DNA of 64,000 nt from Ostreococcus lucimarinus (Eukaryota): assembly GCA_000092065.1 (NCBI GenBank), contig CP000585.1; one strand, 5' to 3'. The notes beneath the pieces were generated by a model. That model worked only from the letters and a program-made list of their open reading frames with translations. It searched no databases and had not been told where the DNA came from. Below are positions 1-9,137 of this stretch, piece after piece; position 1 is the first letter of the stretch, and every line of letters starts with the position of its first letter. A program made the translations under genes and the position numbers.

Positions 1-1129
1 CGGGACCGCGCGCGCGGTCGCGATGGACGGCGTCGACGTCGTCAACGTCGATCTGGGCGATCGATCGTACCCGATCTACGTCGGGACGGGGCTGCTGGAC
101 GACGGGGACGCGCTGCGCGCGCACGTCGCGGGGTCGACGGCGCTCGTGGTGACGAACGAAACCATCGCGGGGCTTGGATACCTCGATCGCACGGTGAAAG
201 CGCTCACGGCGAAGGATTCGAAACTGCGCGTGGAGACGGTGGTGCTGCCGGACGGAGAGGAGCATAAGAATTTGGAGGTGCTGAACGCGGTGTACACGAG
301 GGCGCTGGAGACGCGACTCGACCGCGGGACGACGTTCGTGGCGCTGGGGGGGGGCGTGATCGGTGATATGACGGGATACGCCGCGGCGTCGTATCAGCGC
401 GGGGTGAAGTTCGTGCAAATACCGACGACGGTGATGGCGATGGTGGATAGCTCGGTGGGGGGGAAGACCGGGGTGAACCACGCGCTCGGGAAGAATATGA
501 TCGGGGCGTTTTATCAGCCAGAGTGCGTTTTGATCGATATCGATTCGTTGAAGACGCTTCCCGATCGAGAGTTCGCGAGCGGGATCGCAGAGGTGGTGAA
601 ATACGGTCTCATTCGCGATGGGCCGTTTTTCGAATGGCTCGAGGCGAACGTCGATAAGCTTCTCGCGCGCGATACGCAAGCCATCGCGTACGCCGTCGAG
701 CGATCGTGCGTGAACAAGGCGGAAGTCGTCGCCGCGGATGAGAGGGAGGGCGGCGTTCGAGCGACGCTGAATCTTGGGCACACGTTCGGTCACGCGATAG
801 AAACCGGTCTCGGCTACGGCGAGTGGTTGCACGGCGAAGCGGTGAGCGCCGGTATGTGTATGGCGGCGGATATGTCTCTTCGACTCGGTTGGATCGACGC
901 CTCGCTCAAGGAGCGCACGATCGCCTTATTGAACAAGTGCAAAACCCCGATCGACGTCCCTGAAAAGATGACGGTTCAAATGTTCATGGACTTGATGGCG
1001 GTGGATAAGAAGGCTGCGAATGGGAAATTGCGCTTGATTTTGTTAAAGGGCGAGCTCGGCGAGTGCGTCTTCACTGGGGACTTCGACCAAAGCAAGCTCC
1101 AGGAAACCTTAGACGCGTACGTCAAGTAA
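1..1129 (+). CDS. aroB: 3-dehydroquinate synthase (shikimate pathway), 5' end probably truncated by the window edge. The first ATG is at 23, but the frame is open back to base 2 and no plastid transit peptide is present in the window.
   Basis: The ORF 23..1129 shows the hallmark DHQS motifs (GGGVIGDMTGYAAASYQRGVKFVQIPTTVMAMVDSSVGGKTGVNH and NLGHTFGHAIE). The Met at 23 lines up with the mature bacterial AroB N-terminus. Confidence 0.9.
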   Translation, partial: GTARAVAMDGVDVVNVDLGDRSYPIYVGTGLLDDGDALRAHVAGSTALVVTNETIAGLGYLDRTVKALTAKDSKLRVETVVLPDGEEHKNLEVLNAVYTRALETRLDRGTTFVALGGGVIGDMTGYAAASYQRGVKFVQIPTTVMAMVDSSVGGKTGVNHALGKNMIGAFYQPECVLIDIDSLKTLPDREFASGIAEVVKYGLIRDGPFFEWLEANVDKLLARDTQAIAYAVERSCVNKAEVVAADEREGGVRATLNLGHTFGHAIETGLGYGEWLHGEAVSAGMCMAADMSLRLGWIDASLKERTIALLNKCKTPIDVPEKMTVQMFMDLMAVDKKAANGKLRLILLKGELGECVFTGDFDQSKLQETLDAYVK

Positions 1130-1202
1130 ACACTTTGAAATAAATAAAACGACTGTACCGATCATATGAAATTCTTTTACAATGATGTTAACCTCGTGCG
1201 AG

Positions 1203-4200
1203 CTAAACCTCGTGCGAGTCTTGTGGAGGCCGCGGCGCGAACGGAGGAGGCGGGCCTCGGCTTCCTGGCGGCGGGCCTCGGCCTGGTGGTCCTCGGCCTC
1301 TTCCTCGGCCGGGCGGCGGTCCTCGACCTGGATATCCTCTACCAGGCGGAGGGCCTCGTCCGCGTCCACCGCTCATGTTCGGCGCGAGTGCATTTGACAT
1401 CGGTGGTGCGCTTGGTGGCGCCGAAAGTTGAGGCGGCGCGGCTGCCGGAGGCGCCCGTTGCCATTGCGGAACGATGGGCTTGTTCGTCGCTGGATTTCCC
1501 ATCATGACGAACGGTGCATTTGTCGCGGCAGCTTCACTATCAGGAGTATCATTCGCCATCTCTTCCATGGACTGGCCGCCATGATCCGTCAAACTCATCG
1601 ATCGCGGAATACCATTCGTCACGCCAGACTGGTGCGTTCCAAACGGTTCACCCGCGTGCGGCACTTGCGTAGGGAGGTCAGCCATGTGCGGCGGCGGATT
1701 ACTCATCGAAGCGTATGGATTACCGAAGGTAGGCGCGTACTGTGACACACCGTTAGCTCGGGGCGACTCGACCGGGGAGGGGATCCCGGTCGGCCCCGCG
1801 CCCATCGGCGGCGCCATCATGACTGGCGGCGCCAACGCGTTGCCCGTGTTGTAATGCGTCGCGGCATCCGCGTGCTGCAACGGTGGGACATCTCGGCGTC
1901 GCGGCGAGTCGGGTTGGTTTGGGTGTGACAAAGGAGCCGCAGAGCGCGGTGGTGGACCCTTCCATTTGCCTTGTGTTCCCGAATTCTTTGCGCCGCCACC
2001 CAGAAGTACGCTCACGACGCGCATCAAAATAAGCGTCAACACGATGGGCGGCCCGAAAATCGTTGCGTTGACGCCGAAAGTGATCAAATCTTTGTTGGAA
2101 GCGAGAGCGGTACCCATGATGGAGTCTACCTTCACTGCAACCGACGTGAACGTCTCGTCACACAGCTCCATGAACGAAAGCAACTTGTTTCCGTGCTTGG
2201 TTTTCCACGCTTGATGAAGAATGCCTTCCATGACACGAGTCACGAAATTGATGATGAACATGACAAAGGGAGAGACAAACGTCCAAGCTCGACCAAAGCT
2301 CGATCTTATCATGTCGAATCCAGACGGATTACCCCGTGTATCGTAAAACTGAGACGACTTAGACTCTTGCTCGTGTGTAATTTTCGCGTCTTCCTCATTC
2401 CAGTCCAAATCCTGTATCAATCCTGTATCAATCATTTGCTCATCGATGGACGAGTCCGTGGCGGCGGTTTCGTCCATAGAACCTTCGGGAACTGATATTT
2501 CGTCATCCGCGACTTCTTTCGTTTCTTCGACGGTCACTGGCTCTTCGATTTGTGGCTGTTCGCCCAGCTCCTCAGTGACTTGTTCTTCGTCATTTGATGT
2601 ATCGAAGACGCTCTCGTCTGTTGTCGTGTCCATGACGGGCGTATCATCGACCTTTGTATCGACTTCTACTTCGTCCGTGGTAGGATCTTCGACAACTGCT
2701 GTTGACTCGGCGTCTGACGACGTCTGTTCGGTCGACTCGACGTTCATAGCCTTCTCGTGTTGAAGCGAATCTTCTTCACTCGGTGCGGCGGTGCTCGCGC
2801 TTTCTTCACACTTTGGACACGTCTCCGGTTCAGGGCACTCTATAGGTTTCGGACATTTCTTTTCTCGGAGCTGGCGTTCCTCGTCCAACGTCTCTTTGGT
2901 TGCTTCGGTCAACTCTGTCTGCTCACGTAAAAGTCTCTTGGTCTCGCCGTGCTGTCGATCGATTTCGTCGCATCGATCTTTTTGCTCGTCGAGCTTGACT
3001 TCAGCGTCGAACGTGCGTTGACGAAGAGCATCGGCTTGTTTTTGCAGATTACTGCGAAGCTTTGCGCTCTGCGCCAAGCACGTATCCGTGCAATCACATT
3101 CGTTTTCAGTCGAAGCTTCTGTCGCCGCGAGTGCAAGTACTTTCTCGTTGTACTGAGTGAGCAAAGCGTCCAAATCAGCTTGCACTTTCTCATGTTGCTC
3201 CTTCATGGTGCGCAGTTTTGACTGACACTTGCCCAACTCATCGACAGCCTCTTTGCTCGATTCAACCTTCCCTTGAAGAGATTCTACCTGCTTCGTCGCC
3301 GCCGCGAGTTCCTCCGACAACTTCTCGATTTCTTCCTGCGCCAAGAGCAATTCTTCGCTCTGTTTGTCGTAGGCCTCCTTTGTCGTAACGGATCGAACTA
3401 ATTTGTCGTACTCGTCTCGTAAAAGGTCGTAATCTTCGCGCAGAGAGCTCTTGGTCTTTTCGGCTTCCGCGAGACTACGCGACATGTCAGCGGCAGACGC
3501 TACACCTGGAGGACACGCACTCGTATCGCGCAACGACTCGAGCTCTGCCGTGAGCTCATCGATGCGCGCCTGTGCGCTCATGTGCTCTTCCGAAACACCG
3601 CGAGCATCTCCAAGTTCACCCTCGAGCTCGGCCAACCTCGAAACAAGCGCTTGCTCGTCTTCGCCTCTTCGCGAAAAATCCTCTTCGAGCGCGTTAATCT
3701 TCTGTTTGAGTTCTTCGTTCTCGCTGATGATTTGCGCATTACTCGCGATTTGTTTTTCAAGATCGACCATAACGCGCCGATCATCAATCTCCGCCTCGTC
3801 GTGTGCGACCTTGCGTGCCATGAACTCTTCCAACTCGCGCTTCAAATCGTCACCATTTTTTTTCATCGCGCGCATCGCTTTGCTTGTCTTCAACAGCGTC
3901 GCTGAAACAGCCTCAACCGTCTCTCCCGCGGATGCGTCCACACTCACCGGAATCTTGTTCGCGGCCATCCACTCCCGAAGCGCGTGAAGCGACTCGTCCG
4001 CACTCAGTCCGACGGGCACATCAATCTTCTGCGCGGCTTTTTGCTTCGCACGCGGCGGTTCCGACATCACCGGCTCTGGCTCCATCACCGGCTCTGGCTC
4101 CATCACCGGCTCTGGCTCCATCTCTGGTTCGTCCTCAACCGCGGGCTCACGTTCCGGCTCCACATCCTCCAATTCAACCGCACGCTCCATCGCGTGCCCT

Positions 4201-4544
4201 AATTCACCGACCTCGGGCTCCGCCTCGACTCGCGTCTCGCGCCCCGCCGACGCCTCCCCCCCCCCGTCCTCGTCCTCTTCCTCCCATCCCTCCGGCTGAT
4301 CCCACTGCGACACCTTATCGATCCCATCGTACCAATACGCCCGCTTCGTCGTCGCGTCGACGTGTTTCGTCCACCGCGCGCGCGCGTCGACGCCGTTTCC
4401 CATCGAATCCATCGACTTCAGATCGTCATCGCTCGCGAACGCCGGTCGCACCGTCGCGCACGCGCCGCAGACGACCGCGCACGCCGCGATGAGCGATGCG
4501 AATCGCGCGCGTCTCCCTCGGGCGCGATCGCGCGCGCGCGCCAT
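1203..4544 (-). CDS. Large secretory or membrane protein. It has a signal peptide from the Met at 4544, a WW-like domain (RAYWYDGIDKVSQWDQPEGW), EPEPVM repeats and a long coiled coil. A Cys-rich CPxC segment follows, then hydrophobic TM-like segments and a Pro/Arg/Gly-rich (RGG/PGR) C-terminal tail. It may be two merged genes.
   Basis: This is the 1155-aa ORF 1203..4670. The internal Met at 4544 is followed by a hydrophobic signal-like stretch (FASLIAACAVVCGACATV). Coiled-coil heptad composition runs across ~3000-3900. I found no recognisable catalytic domain. Confidence 0.45.
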   Translation of the reverse strand: MARARDRARGRRARFASLIAACAVVCGACATVRPAFASDDDLKSMDSMGNGVDARARWTKHVDATTKRAYWYDGIDKVSQWDQPEGWEEEDEDGGGEASAGRETRVEAEPEVGELGHAMERAVELEDVEPEREPAVEDEPEMEPEPVMEPEPVMEPEPVMSEPPRAKQKAAQKIDVPVGLSADESLHALREWMAANKIPVSVDASAGETVEAVSATLLKTSKAMRAMKKNGDDLKRELEEFMARKVAHDEAEIDDRRVMVDLEKQIASNAQIISENEELKQKINALEEDFSRRGEDEQALVSRLAELEGELGDARGVSEEHMSAQARIDELTAELESLRDTSACPPGVASAADMSRSLAEAEKTKSSLREDYDLLRDEYDKLVRSVTTKEAYDKQSEELLLAQEEIEKLSEELAAATKQVESLQGKVESSKEAVDELGKCQSKLRTMKEQHEKVQADLDALLTQYNEKVLALAATEASTENECDCTDTCLAQSAKLRSNLQKQADALRQRTFDAEVKLDEQKDRCDEIDRQHGETKRLLREQTELTEATKETLDEERQLREKKCPKPIECPEPETCPKCEESASTAAPSEEDSLQHEKAMNVESTEQTSSDAESTAVVEDPTTDEVEVDTKVDDTPVMDTTTDESVFDTSNDEEQVTEELGEQPQIEEPVTVEETKEVADDEISVPEGSMDETAATDSSIDEQMIDTGLIQDLDWNEEDAKITHEQESKSSQFYDTRGNPSGFDMIRSSFGRAWTFVSPFVMFIINFVTRVMEGILHQAWKTKHGNKLLSFMELCDETFTSVAVKVDSIMGTALASNKDLITFGVNATIFGPPIVLTLILMRVVSVLLGGGAKNSGTQGKWKGPPPRSAAPLSHPNQPDSPRRRDVPPLQHADAATHYNTGNALAPPVMMAPPMGAGPTGIPSPVESPRANGVSQYAPTFGNPYASMSNPPPHMADLPTQVPHAGEPFGTHQSGVTNGIPRSMSLTDHGGQSMEEMANDTPDSEAAATNAPFVMMGNPATNKPIVPQWQRAPPAAAPPQLSAPPSAPPMSNALAPNMSGGRGRGPPPGRGYPGRGPPPGRGRGRGPPGRGPPPGSRGPPPPFAPRPPQDSHEV
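4065..4127. repeat. Tandem repeat of an 18-nt unit, catcaccggctctggctc, about 3.5 copies. It encodes (EPEPVM)n on the minus strand.
   Basis: Direct reading of 4061-4130. The same repeat produces the HHRLWL and ALAPSP periodicities seen in the other reading frames. Confidence 0.8.
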
Positions 4545-4633
4545 CGTCGCGTCGTCGAGTGCGCGAGCGACGGTCGTTACGTCGAGACTTTGAGACTTCG
4601 CGCGCGCCGCACACCGCGACGCGCGCGCGCGCG
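4545..4633. promoter_or_regulatory. 89-bp bidirectional promoter between the minus-strand gene starting at 4544 and SEC11 starting at 4634
   Basis: Two well-supported start codons in head-to-head orientation. Confidence 0.4.
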
Positions 4634-5263
4634 ATGTCGAGGACGCGCGAGATGACGCGCGGTCGCGCAAACGCGCGCGACGTCGCGACGACGCGCTCGC
4701 CGGTGCGCCGCGCGCGCGATGCGGTCGTCGACGCGATCGTTTCCCTCTCGCACGGCACCGGTCGACAAACCGCGCTGCAGTGGCTCTCCTTGGCGCTCAT
4801 CGTCGCCAGCGCGCTGATGGTGTGGAAATCGCTGATGTTGTTCACGCAGAGCGAGTCGCCGGTCGTGGTCGTGCTGAGCGGGAGCATGGAGCCCGGACTG
4901 CGACGAGGCGACTTGCTGCTGCTGGATAACTCGCGCGGGCCGAGCGAGATCGGCGACGTCGTCGTCTTCAACATACGCGGACGCGACGTGCCGATCGTGC
5001 ACAGAATACTACACGTACACGCGAATTCGCCCGCTGACGTCGGTTCGCGGTTGATGCTGACGAAGGGAGATAATAATTTCGCCGACGACGGCGCGCTGTA
5101 CGCGCCGGGACAGCGATGGTTGCGACAGGACGACGTCGTCGGACGCGCGGTGGTGTTCTTGCCGCACGTCGGGCGGCTGACGATATTGATGAACGATTAC
5201 CCGTGGTTCAAGTACGGGTTAATCTCGATTTTAGGGTTTTTCGTCGTCACTGGGAAGGACTAG
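4634..5263 (+). CDS. SEC11: Signal peptidase complex catalytic subunit SEC11 (S26B)
   Basis: VVVLSGSMEPGLRRGDLLLLDN, DVPIVHRILHVH and LTKGDNNFADD are collinear with yeast/human SEC11 across its full length. The ATG at 4634 precedes the N-terminal TM helix. The upstream Arg-rich ORF extension is not credible. Confidence 0.85.
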   Translation: MSRTREMTRGRANARDVATTRSPVRRARDAVVDAIVSLSHGTGRQTALQWLSLALIVASALMVWKSLMLFTQSESPVVVVLSGSMEPGLRRGDLLLLDNSRGPSEIGDVVVFNIRGRDVPIVHRILHVHANSPADVGSRLMLTKGDNNFADDGALYAPGQRWLRQDDVVGRAVVFLPHVGRLTILMNDYPWFKYGLISILGFFVVTGKD

Positions 5264-5527
5264 TCCGTAGCAGAAGAAGTCGCGTGGCGTTTCGTAGATT
5301 TGTTTGTAGCGTTGAGATTCACGTCACTCGCCCGCGCGCGCCGCGCGATCGCGCTCGAGTTCGGACTCGCGCGGTCGATTTCATCCATCGGACGCGCTCG
5401 CTCGCGCGTCTCCCGTCGCTCGACGCGCGGCGCTCGCGCGTCGGCACCGCGCACCAGTCGCCGGGGGAACTTTCGAAAGCGTCGACAGCTGACGGCTATT
5501 TCGCCACGCACGCGCGCGCTCGACGTC

Positions 5528-6100
5528 ATGGGCGAGAATCTCTCGCCCGAAACCGTCAATAGCATCATGCGTCAACTGAAAGATTTGATGCAGAGCCCCG
5601 CGGAGGGGATCAGGGTGCGAGTGAACGAGGAGAACGTGACGGATGTCTTCGCCGAGCTCGACGGTCCCGCGGACACGCCGTTCGAAGGCGGGACGTTTAA
5701 GATGAAGCTCGCGCTGCCGGCGGATTACCCGAACAATCCGCCGAAGGGATTCTTTACGACAAAAATATTTCATCCGAATATTCGTCAGCCGAGCGGGGAG
5801 ATTTGTGTGAACACGCTCAAGCGTGACTGGCAACCGACGCACGGACTGCGGCACATATTGATGGTGATTCGATGCTTGCTCATAGAACCGTTTCCGGAGA
5901 GCGCTCTGAACGAAGAGGCTGGAAAGCTTTTACTCGAGGATTACGAAGAGTATTTTAGGCGCGCGAAGATGTACACCAATATTCACGCCAAACCCGAAAC
6001 GGGCAAGGCGGAGGACGCGGCGAGCGCGTCGGCGGCGAGCGGCGGGGAGAAGAAGTTGGACAAAAAGAAGGACAAGAAGAAGAGCTTGCGCCGTCTTTAG
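5528..6100 (+). CDS. UBE2S: Ubiquitin-conjugating enzyme E2 S-like, with a UBC fold and a Lys-rich C-terminal tail
   Basis: FFTTKIFHPNIRQPSGEICVNTLKRDWQPTHGLRHILMVIRCLLIEPFPESALNEEAGKLLLEDYEEY closely matches UBE2S. The C-terminal KKLDKKKDKKKSLRRL tail is characteristic of that E2. ATG at 5528. Confidence 0.9.
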   Translation: MGENLSPETVNSIMRQLKDLMQSPAEGIRVRVNEENVTDVFAELDGPADTPFEGGTFKMKLALPADYPNNPPKGFFTTKIFHPNIRQPSGEICVNTLKRDWQPTHGLRHILMVIRCLLIEPFPESALNEEAGKLLLEDYEEYFRRAKMYTNIHAKPETGKAEDAASASAASGGEKKLDKKKDKKKSLRRL

Positions 6101-6236
6101 CAAAAGCGTATCGCGCGCGCGGTAGCAGATGAATGAACGTCGTTGTTGTGAGCGAAGCTTTGATTACAACGAATAAAAATTGCGTTCCGTCGCTCACCTT
6201 TCTTCTATCTGATGTATCGTTAAGTCATCCGTCGCG
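6101..6236. terminator. Convergent 3'-end region (E2 + / ClpP -), AT-richer than its surroundings, with AATAAA-like and TGTAA-like elements. It probably holds overlapping polyadenylation sites.
   Basis: gaataaaaattgcgttccgtcgctcacctttcttctatctgatgtatcgttaagtcatcc is unusually AT-rich for this window. Confidence 0.35.
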
Positions 6237-7196
6237 TTAGTTGAGCTTCGCATCCTGCGTGTCGCCGGTGAATCGCGCAGAAGACGAACCGTCGTTACCG
6301 TCGTTACCCCACGCCACGTAATCCTTCTTCGTCTTGAGCTTTTCCGTGAACGACCCCTCGATCTTCAAGCCGGCGTCGTCGCCGCCGATGACGATGTCGA
6401 TGACTCCGTACTGCTTCGCCTCGAGCGGCGACATGTAGCGATCGCGATCGGTGTCTTCGTCTATCGTCTTAACGTCTTGTCCGGTGTGGAACGCCATGAG
6501 TCTGTTCAAGTTGGCCTTGTGGTGCATGATTTCCTTCGCTTGGATTTCGATGTCCACGGCGCTCCCTTGCGCCCCGCCGAGCGGCTGGTGAATCATGATG
6601 CGCGCGTTCGGCATCGACATGCGGCGACCCTTCTCCCCGCTCGCGAGCAAGAACGCCCCCATGGACGCCGCGAGTCCAAGGCACACCGTGCTCACGGGCG
6701 CTCGGCAAAACTGCATCGCGTCGTAAATCCCCATCCCCGCCGTCACGCTCCCTCCCGGAGAGTTGATGAAGAGTTTAATCTCCTTCGTCGGATCTTGCTG
6801 ATCGAGCAGCAGCAACTGCGAGATCACCGCATCGGCGTTAAAATCATCGACCTGCGAGCCGAGAAACACGATTCGGTTCCTCAGCAAGCTATCGAACGGC
6901 GACCCGCTTTGGTCTCGCGGCACCACCGGCCCCGCGCGCGCGCCCGGCGCCCCGCTCGCGTTCACCGCGTCGTAAATCTCTCTCTGCGCCTCGTTCACGC
7001 CGTCGACGTGCGCGATTTCGTTCGGGTTCTCGTAGAACGCTCCTCCCGCGCGCGCGACGCGCGTCGCGCGTCCGCGCCCGTCCGCGCGCCGCGCGCGCGA
7101 TAAACCTAGCCTCGATCGCGTCGCCCGCGTCGTCGCGTCGCGTCGCGTCGCGCTTCCGCGCGGCGCCGTCGTCGTCGCGCGCGTCACGAGTCCCAT
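6237..7196 (-). CDS. CLPP: ATP-dependent Clp protease proteolytic subunit, nuclear-encoded and organelle-targeted. It looks active, with Ser/His/Asp present, and carries a plant-type C-terminal extension.
   Basis: [44 protein letters not shown], the [13 protein letters not shown] catalytic Ser, IMIHQPLGG His and the conserved Asp. There is an Arg/Thr-rich N-terminal presequence. ATG at 7196. Confidence 0.85.
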   Translation of the reverse strand: MGLVTRATTTAPRGSATRRDATTRATRSRLGLSRARRADGRGRATRVARAGGAFYENPNEIAHVDGVNEAQREIYDAVNASGAPGARAGPVVPRDQSGSPFDSLLRNRIVFLGSQVDDFNADAVISQLLLLDQQDPTKEIKLFINSPGGSVTAGMGIYDAMQFCRAPVSTVCLGLAASMGAFLLASGEKGRRMSMPNARIMIHQPLGGAQGSAVDIEIQAKEIMHHKANLNRLMAFHTGQDVKTIDEDTDRDRYMSPLEAKQYGVIDIVIGGDDAGLKIEGSFTEKLKTKKDYVAWGNDGNDGSSSARFTGDTQDAKLN

Positions 7197-7366
7197 CGTG
7201 CGTTCGCTCGCGTCGTCGGTCGCGTCGCGCGCGTGTGCGGCGCGCGCGCGGTCGACGCGCCGCGCGCGCGGGCGCGCGCCTGGTCGGTCGGTATGCGCAA
7301 ACAGTGCGGGTGCGTTTTTCGACGCGTCCCGACGTCCCGACGGCCGCGCGGCGTCGGCACACCGCG

Positions 7367-9049
7367 ATGCGAAGCGTCGCGCGCGCGTTGAAGTGCGCGC
7401 GCGCGACGCGAGGCGCGACGACCGCGACGATCGCGACGACCGCGCGCGCGCCGGTCGACGGACGACGACGCGGGACGACGAGACGCGCGGGACGCGTCGA
7501 CGCGGGACGACGACGCGGGACGCGCGCGATGGCGGTGAGCGGACGCGCGCACGCGCCGGCGAACGCGGACCCGATGGCGGGCGTCGACGTCGCGGCGAAC
7601 GGGACGGCGTGGCGAGACGCGGCGGTGGACGTGGTGGTGTGGGCGGTGCGAGAGGAGGACGTCGGCGCGGAGACGGGGGCGCTGGAGTGCGACGCGCTGC
7701 GGGCGTTCGACGCGGCGTCGGGGGGGGCGGTGCGAGCGATGATCGAGGAGGGAGAGTTTAAGGGAAAGGTTGGGACGTCCGCGTTCTCGAGGGCGATCGC
7801 GGGGACGGCGAAACACGTCGGCGTGGTCGGCGTGGGGAAGAGGGGGGAGGCGACGACGAGCGCGATGTTGACGCTGGGATCCGCGGCGGCGGCGCAAGCG
7901 CAAAAGAGCAAGTGCAAGACGCTCGGGATTAAGGGTGCGGACGGATTCGAAAACGCGGTCGCGGCTGGGGCGTACTTGGGCGCGACGGAGGATCAGAGGT
8001 TTAAGTCCAAGCCGCAGGCGAAGACGCTCGAATCCGTGTCGTTGTTGGACGTCTCCGCGGATGTCTCCGAGGGTAAGGCGCGCGCGGTGGGCGTGCAGTT
8101 GACCAAAGATCTCGTCGCCGCACCGCCGAACGTGGTGACGCCGACCGCGATGGCGGAAGTCGCCAAGTCCATCGCCGCCGCGCATCCGGATTGCATGAGC
8201 GTGAAAATTTTGGAAAAGGCTGATTGCGAAAAGCTGGGCATGGGATCCTTCTTGGGCGTCTCCGAAGCCTCGGACGAACCGCCGAAGTTTATCCACCTCA
8301 CGTACAAGGGTGCTGGGAGCGACTTGAAGAAAGTGGCTGTCGTCGGTAAGGGGCTGACGTTTGACTCCGGCGGCTACAACTTGAAGGCGGGCGCGGGGTC
8401 GATGATTGAGATGATGAAGTTTGACATGGGCGGTTCCGGAGCCACGCTCGGCGCCGCGAAAATCATCGCGCAGACGAAGCCAGCGGGCGTCGAATGTCAC
8501 TTCATCATCGCGTCGTGCGAAAACATGATCGGTTCTCGCGGCTTGCGCCCTGGCGACATCTTAACCGCGTCCAACGGCAAGACCATCGAGGTGAACAACA
8601 CCGACGCTGAAGGTCGTCTGACGCTCGCCGACGCCTTGGTGTACGCCGACAAGACGTGCGGTGCGACCGCCATCGTTGACTGCGCCACTCTCACCGGCGC
8701 CATCATCGTCGCGCTCGGCAACGACATCGCCGGTCTCTTTTCCCCGAAGGACGCCGCCGCCAAGCGCGTCGAAGACGCCGCCAAGGCGGCGGGAGAAGAT
8801 CTCTGGCGTATGCCCATGCCCGATTCCATGTGGTCTATCATGAAATCTGAAATCGCCGACATGAAGAACACCGGCTCTCGCGGCGGCGGTTCCATCACCG
8901 CCGCGCTCTTCTTGAAGCAATTCGTCGACGAGAGCGTCGAGTGGAGCCACGTGGATTTGGCCGGACCGGTGTGGGACGACAAGAAGGGCGGTGCCACCGG
9001 TTACGGCGCAGCGCTTTTCGCCGCGTGGGTGTCGTCCTTTAAGAAGTAA
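7367..9049 (+). CDS. LAP: Leucyl aminopeptidase, M17 family
   Basis: The [18 protein letters not shown]17 signature, plus [15 protein letters not shown] and CATLTGA. The first in-frame ATG is at 7367; the ORF track start at 7235 is GTG. The N-terminus looks like a transit peptide. Confidence 0.85.
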   Translation: MRSVARALKCARATRGATTATIATTARAPVDGRRRGTTRRAGRVDAGRRRGTRAMAVSGRAHAPANADPMAGVDVAANGTAWRDAAVDVVVWAVREEDVGAETGALECDALRAFDAASGGAVRAMIEEGEFKGKVGTSAFSRAIAGTAKHVGVVGVGKRGEATTSAMLTLGSAAAAQAQKSKCKTLGIKGADGFENAVAAGAYLGATEDQRFKSKPQAKTLESVSLLDVSADVSEGKARAVGVQLTKDLVAAPPNVVTPTAMAEVAKSIAAAHPDCMSVKILEKADCEKLGMGSFLGVSEASDEPPKFIHLTYKGAGSDLKKVAVVGKGLTFDSGGYNLKAGAGSMIEMMKFDMGGSGATLGAAKIIAQTKPAGVECHFIIASCENMIGSRGLRPGDILTASNGKTIEVNNTDAEGRLTLADALVYADKTCGATAIVDCATLTGAIIVALGNDIAGLFSPKDAAAKRVEDAAKAAGEDLWRMPMPDSMWSIMKSEIADMKNTGSRGGGSITAALFLKQFVDESVEWSHVDLAGPVWDDKKGGATGYGAALFAAWVSSFKK

Positions 9050-9137
9050 GTGATTCCTTTAATTAAACTGTCCAACCATAAAAATTTAACGCGTCGCCGA
9101 ATAGTCTTTTCTGCATCAGAGCGCGACGTTCGCCGTC

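Noticed and set aside
3884-4492. 202-aa plus-strand Pro/Ala/Arg-rich ORF with ALAPSP repeats
   Set aside because: It is the antisense/other-frame reading of the EPEPVM 18-nt repeat and of the coiled-coil gene on the minus strand. It has no independent support.
4496-4633. Arg-rich N-terminal extensions on nearly every ORF (e.g. SEC11 from 4496, LAP from 7235, Deg from 16304, DEAD from 59237, kinase from 32263, MscS from 27283)
   Set aside because: Several of the ORF-track starts are GTG/TTG/CTG rather than ATG. The extensions overlap the divergent neighbour's coding region. The conserved domain always begins near a downstream ATG. I treat them as GC-rich 5' UTR or promoter sequence read in frame.
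7184-8500. 438-aa minus-strand ORF, plus similar ones at 6889..7917, 18876..20648, 19427..20186, 27506..29542, 28212..29498, 14481..15773 and 60706..61593
   Set aside because: They are composed almost entirely of Arg/Ala/Gly/Pro with no motifs. They lie antisense to, or out of frame with, strongly conserved genes (LAP, OSCP, Deg and others). In ~68% GC DNA with GC-rich third codon positions, stop codons are rare on every frame, so long ORFs carry no weight.
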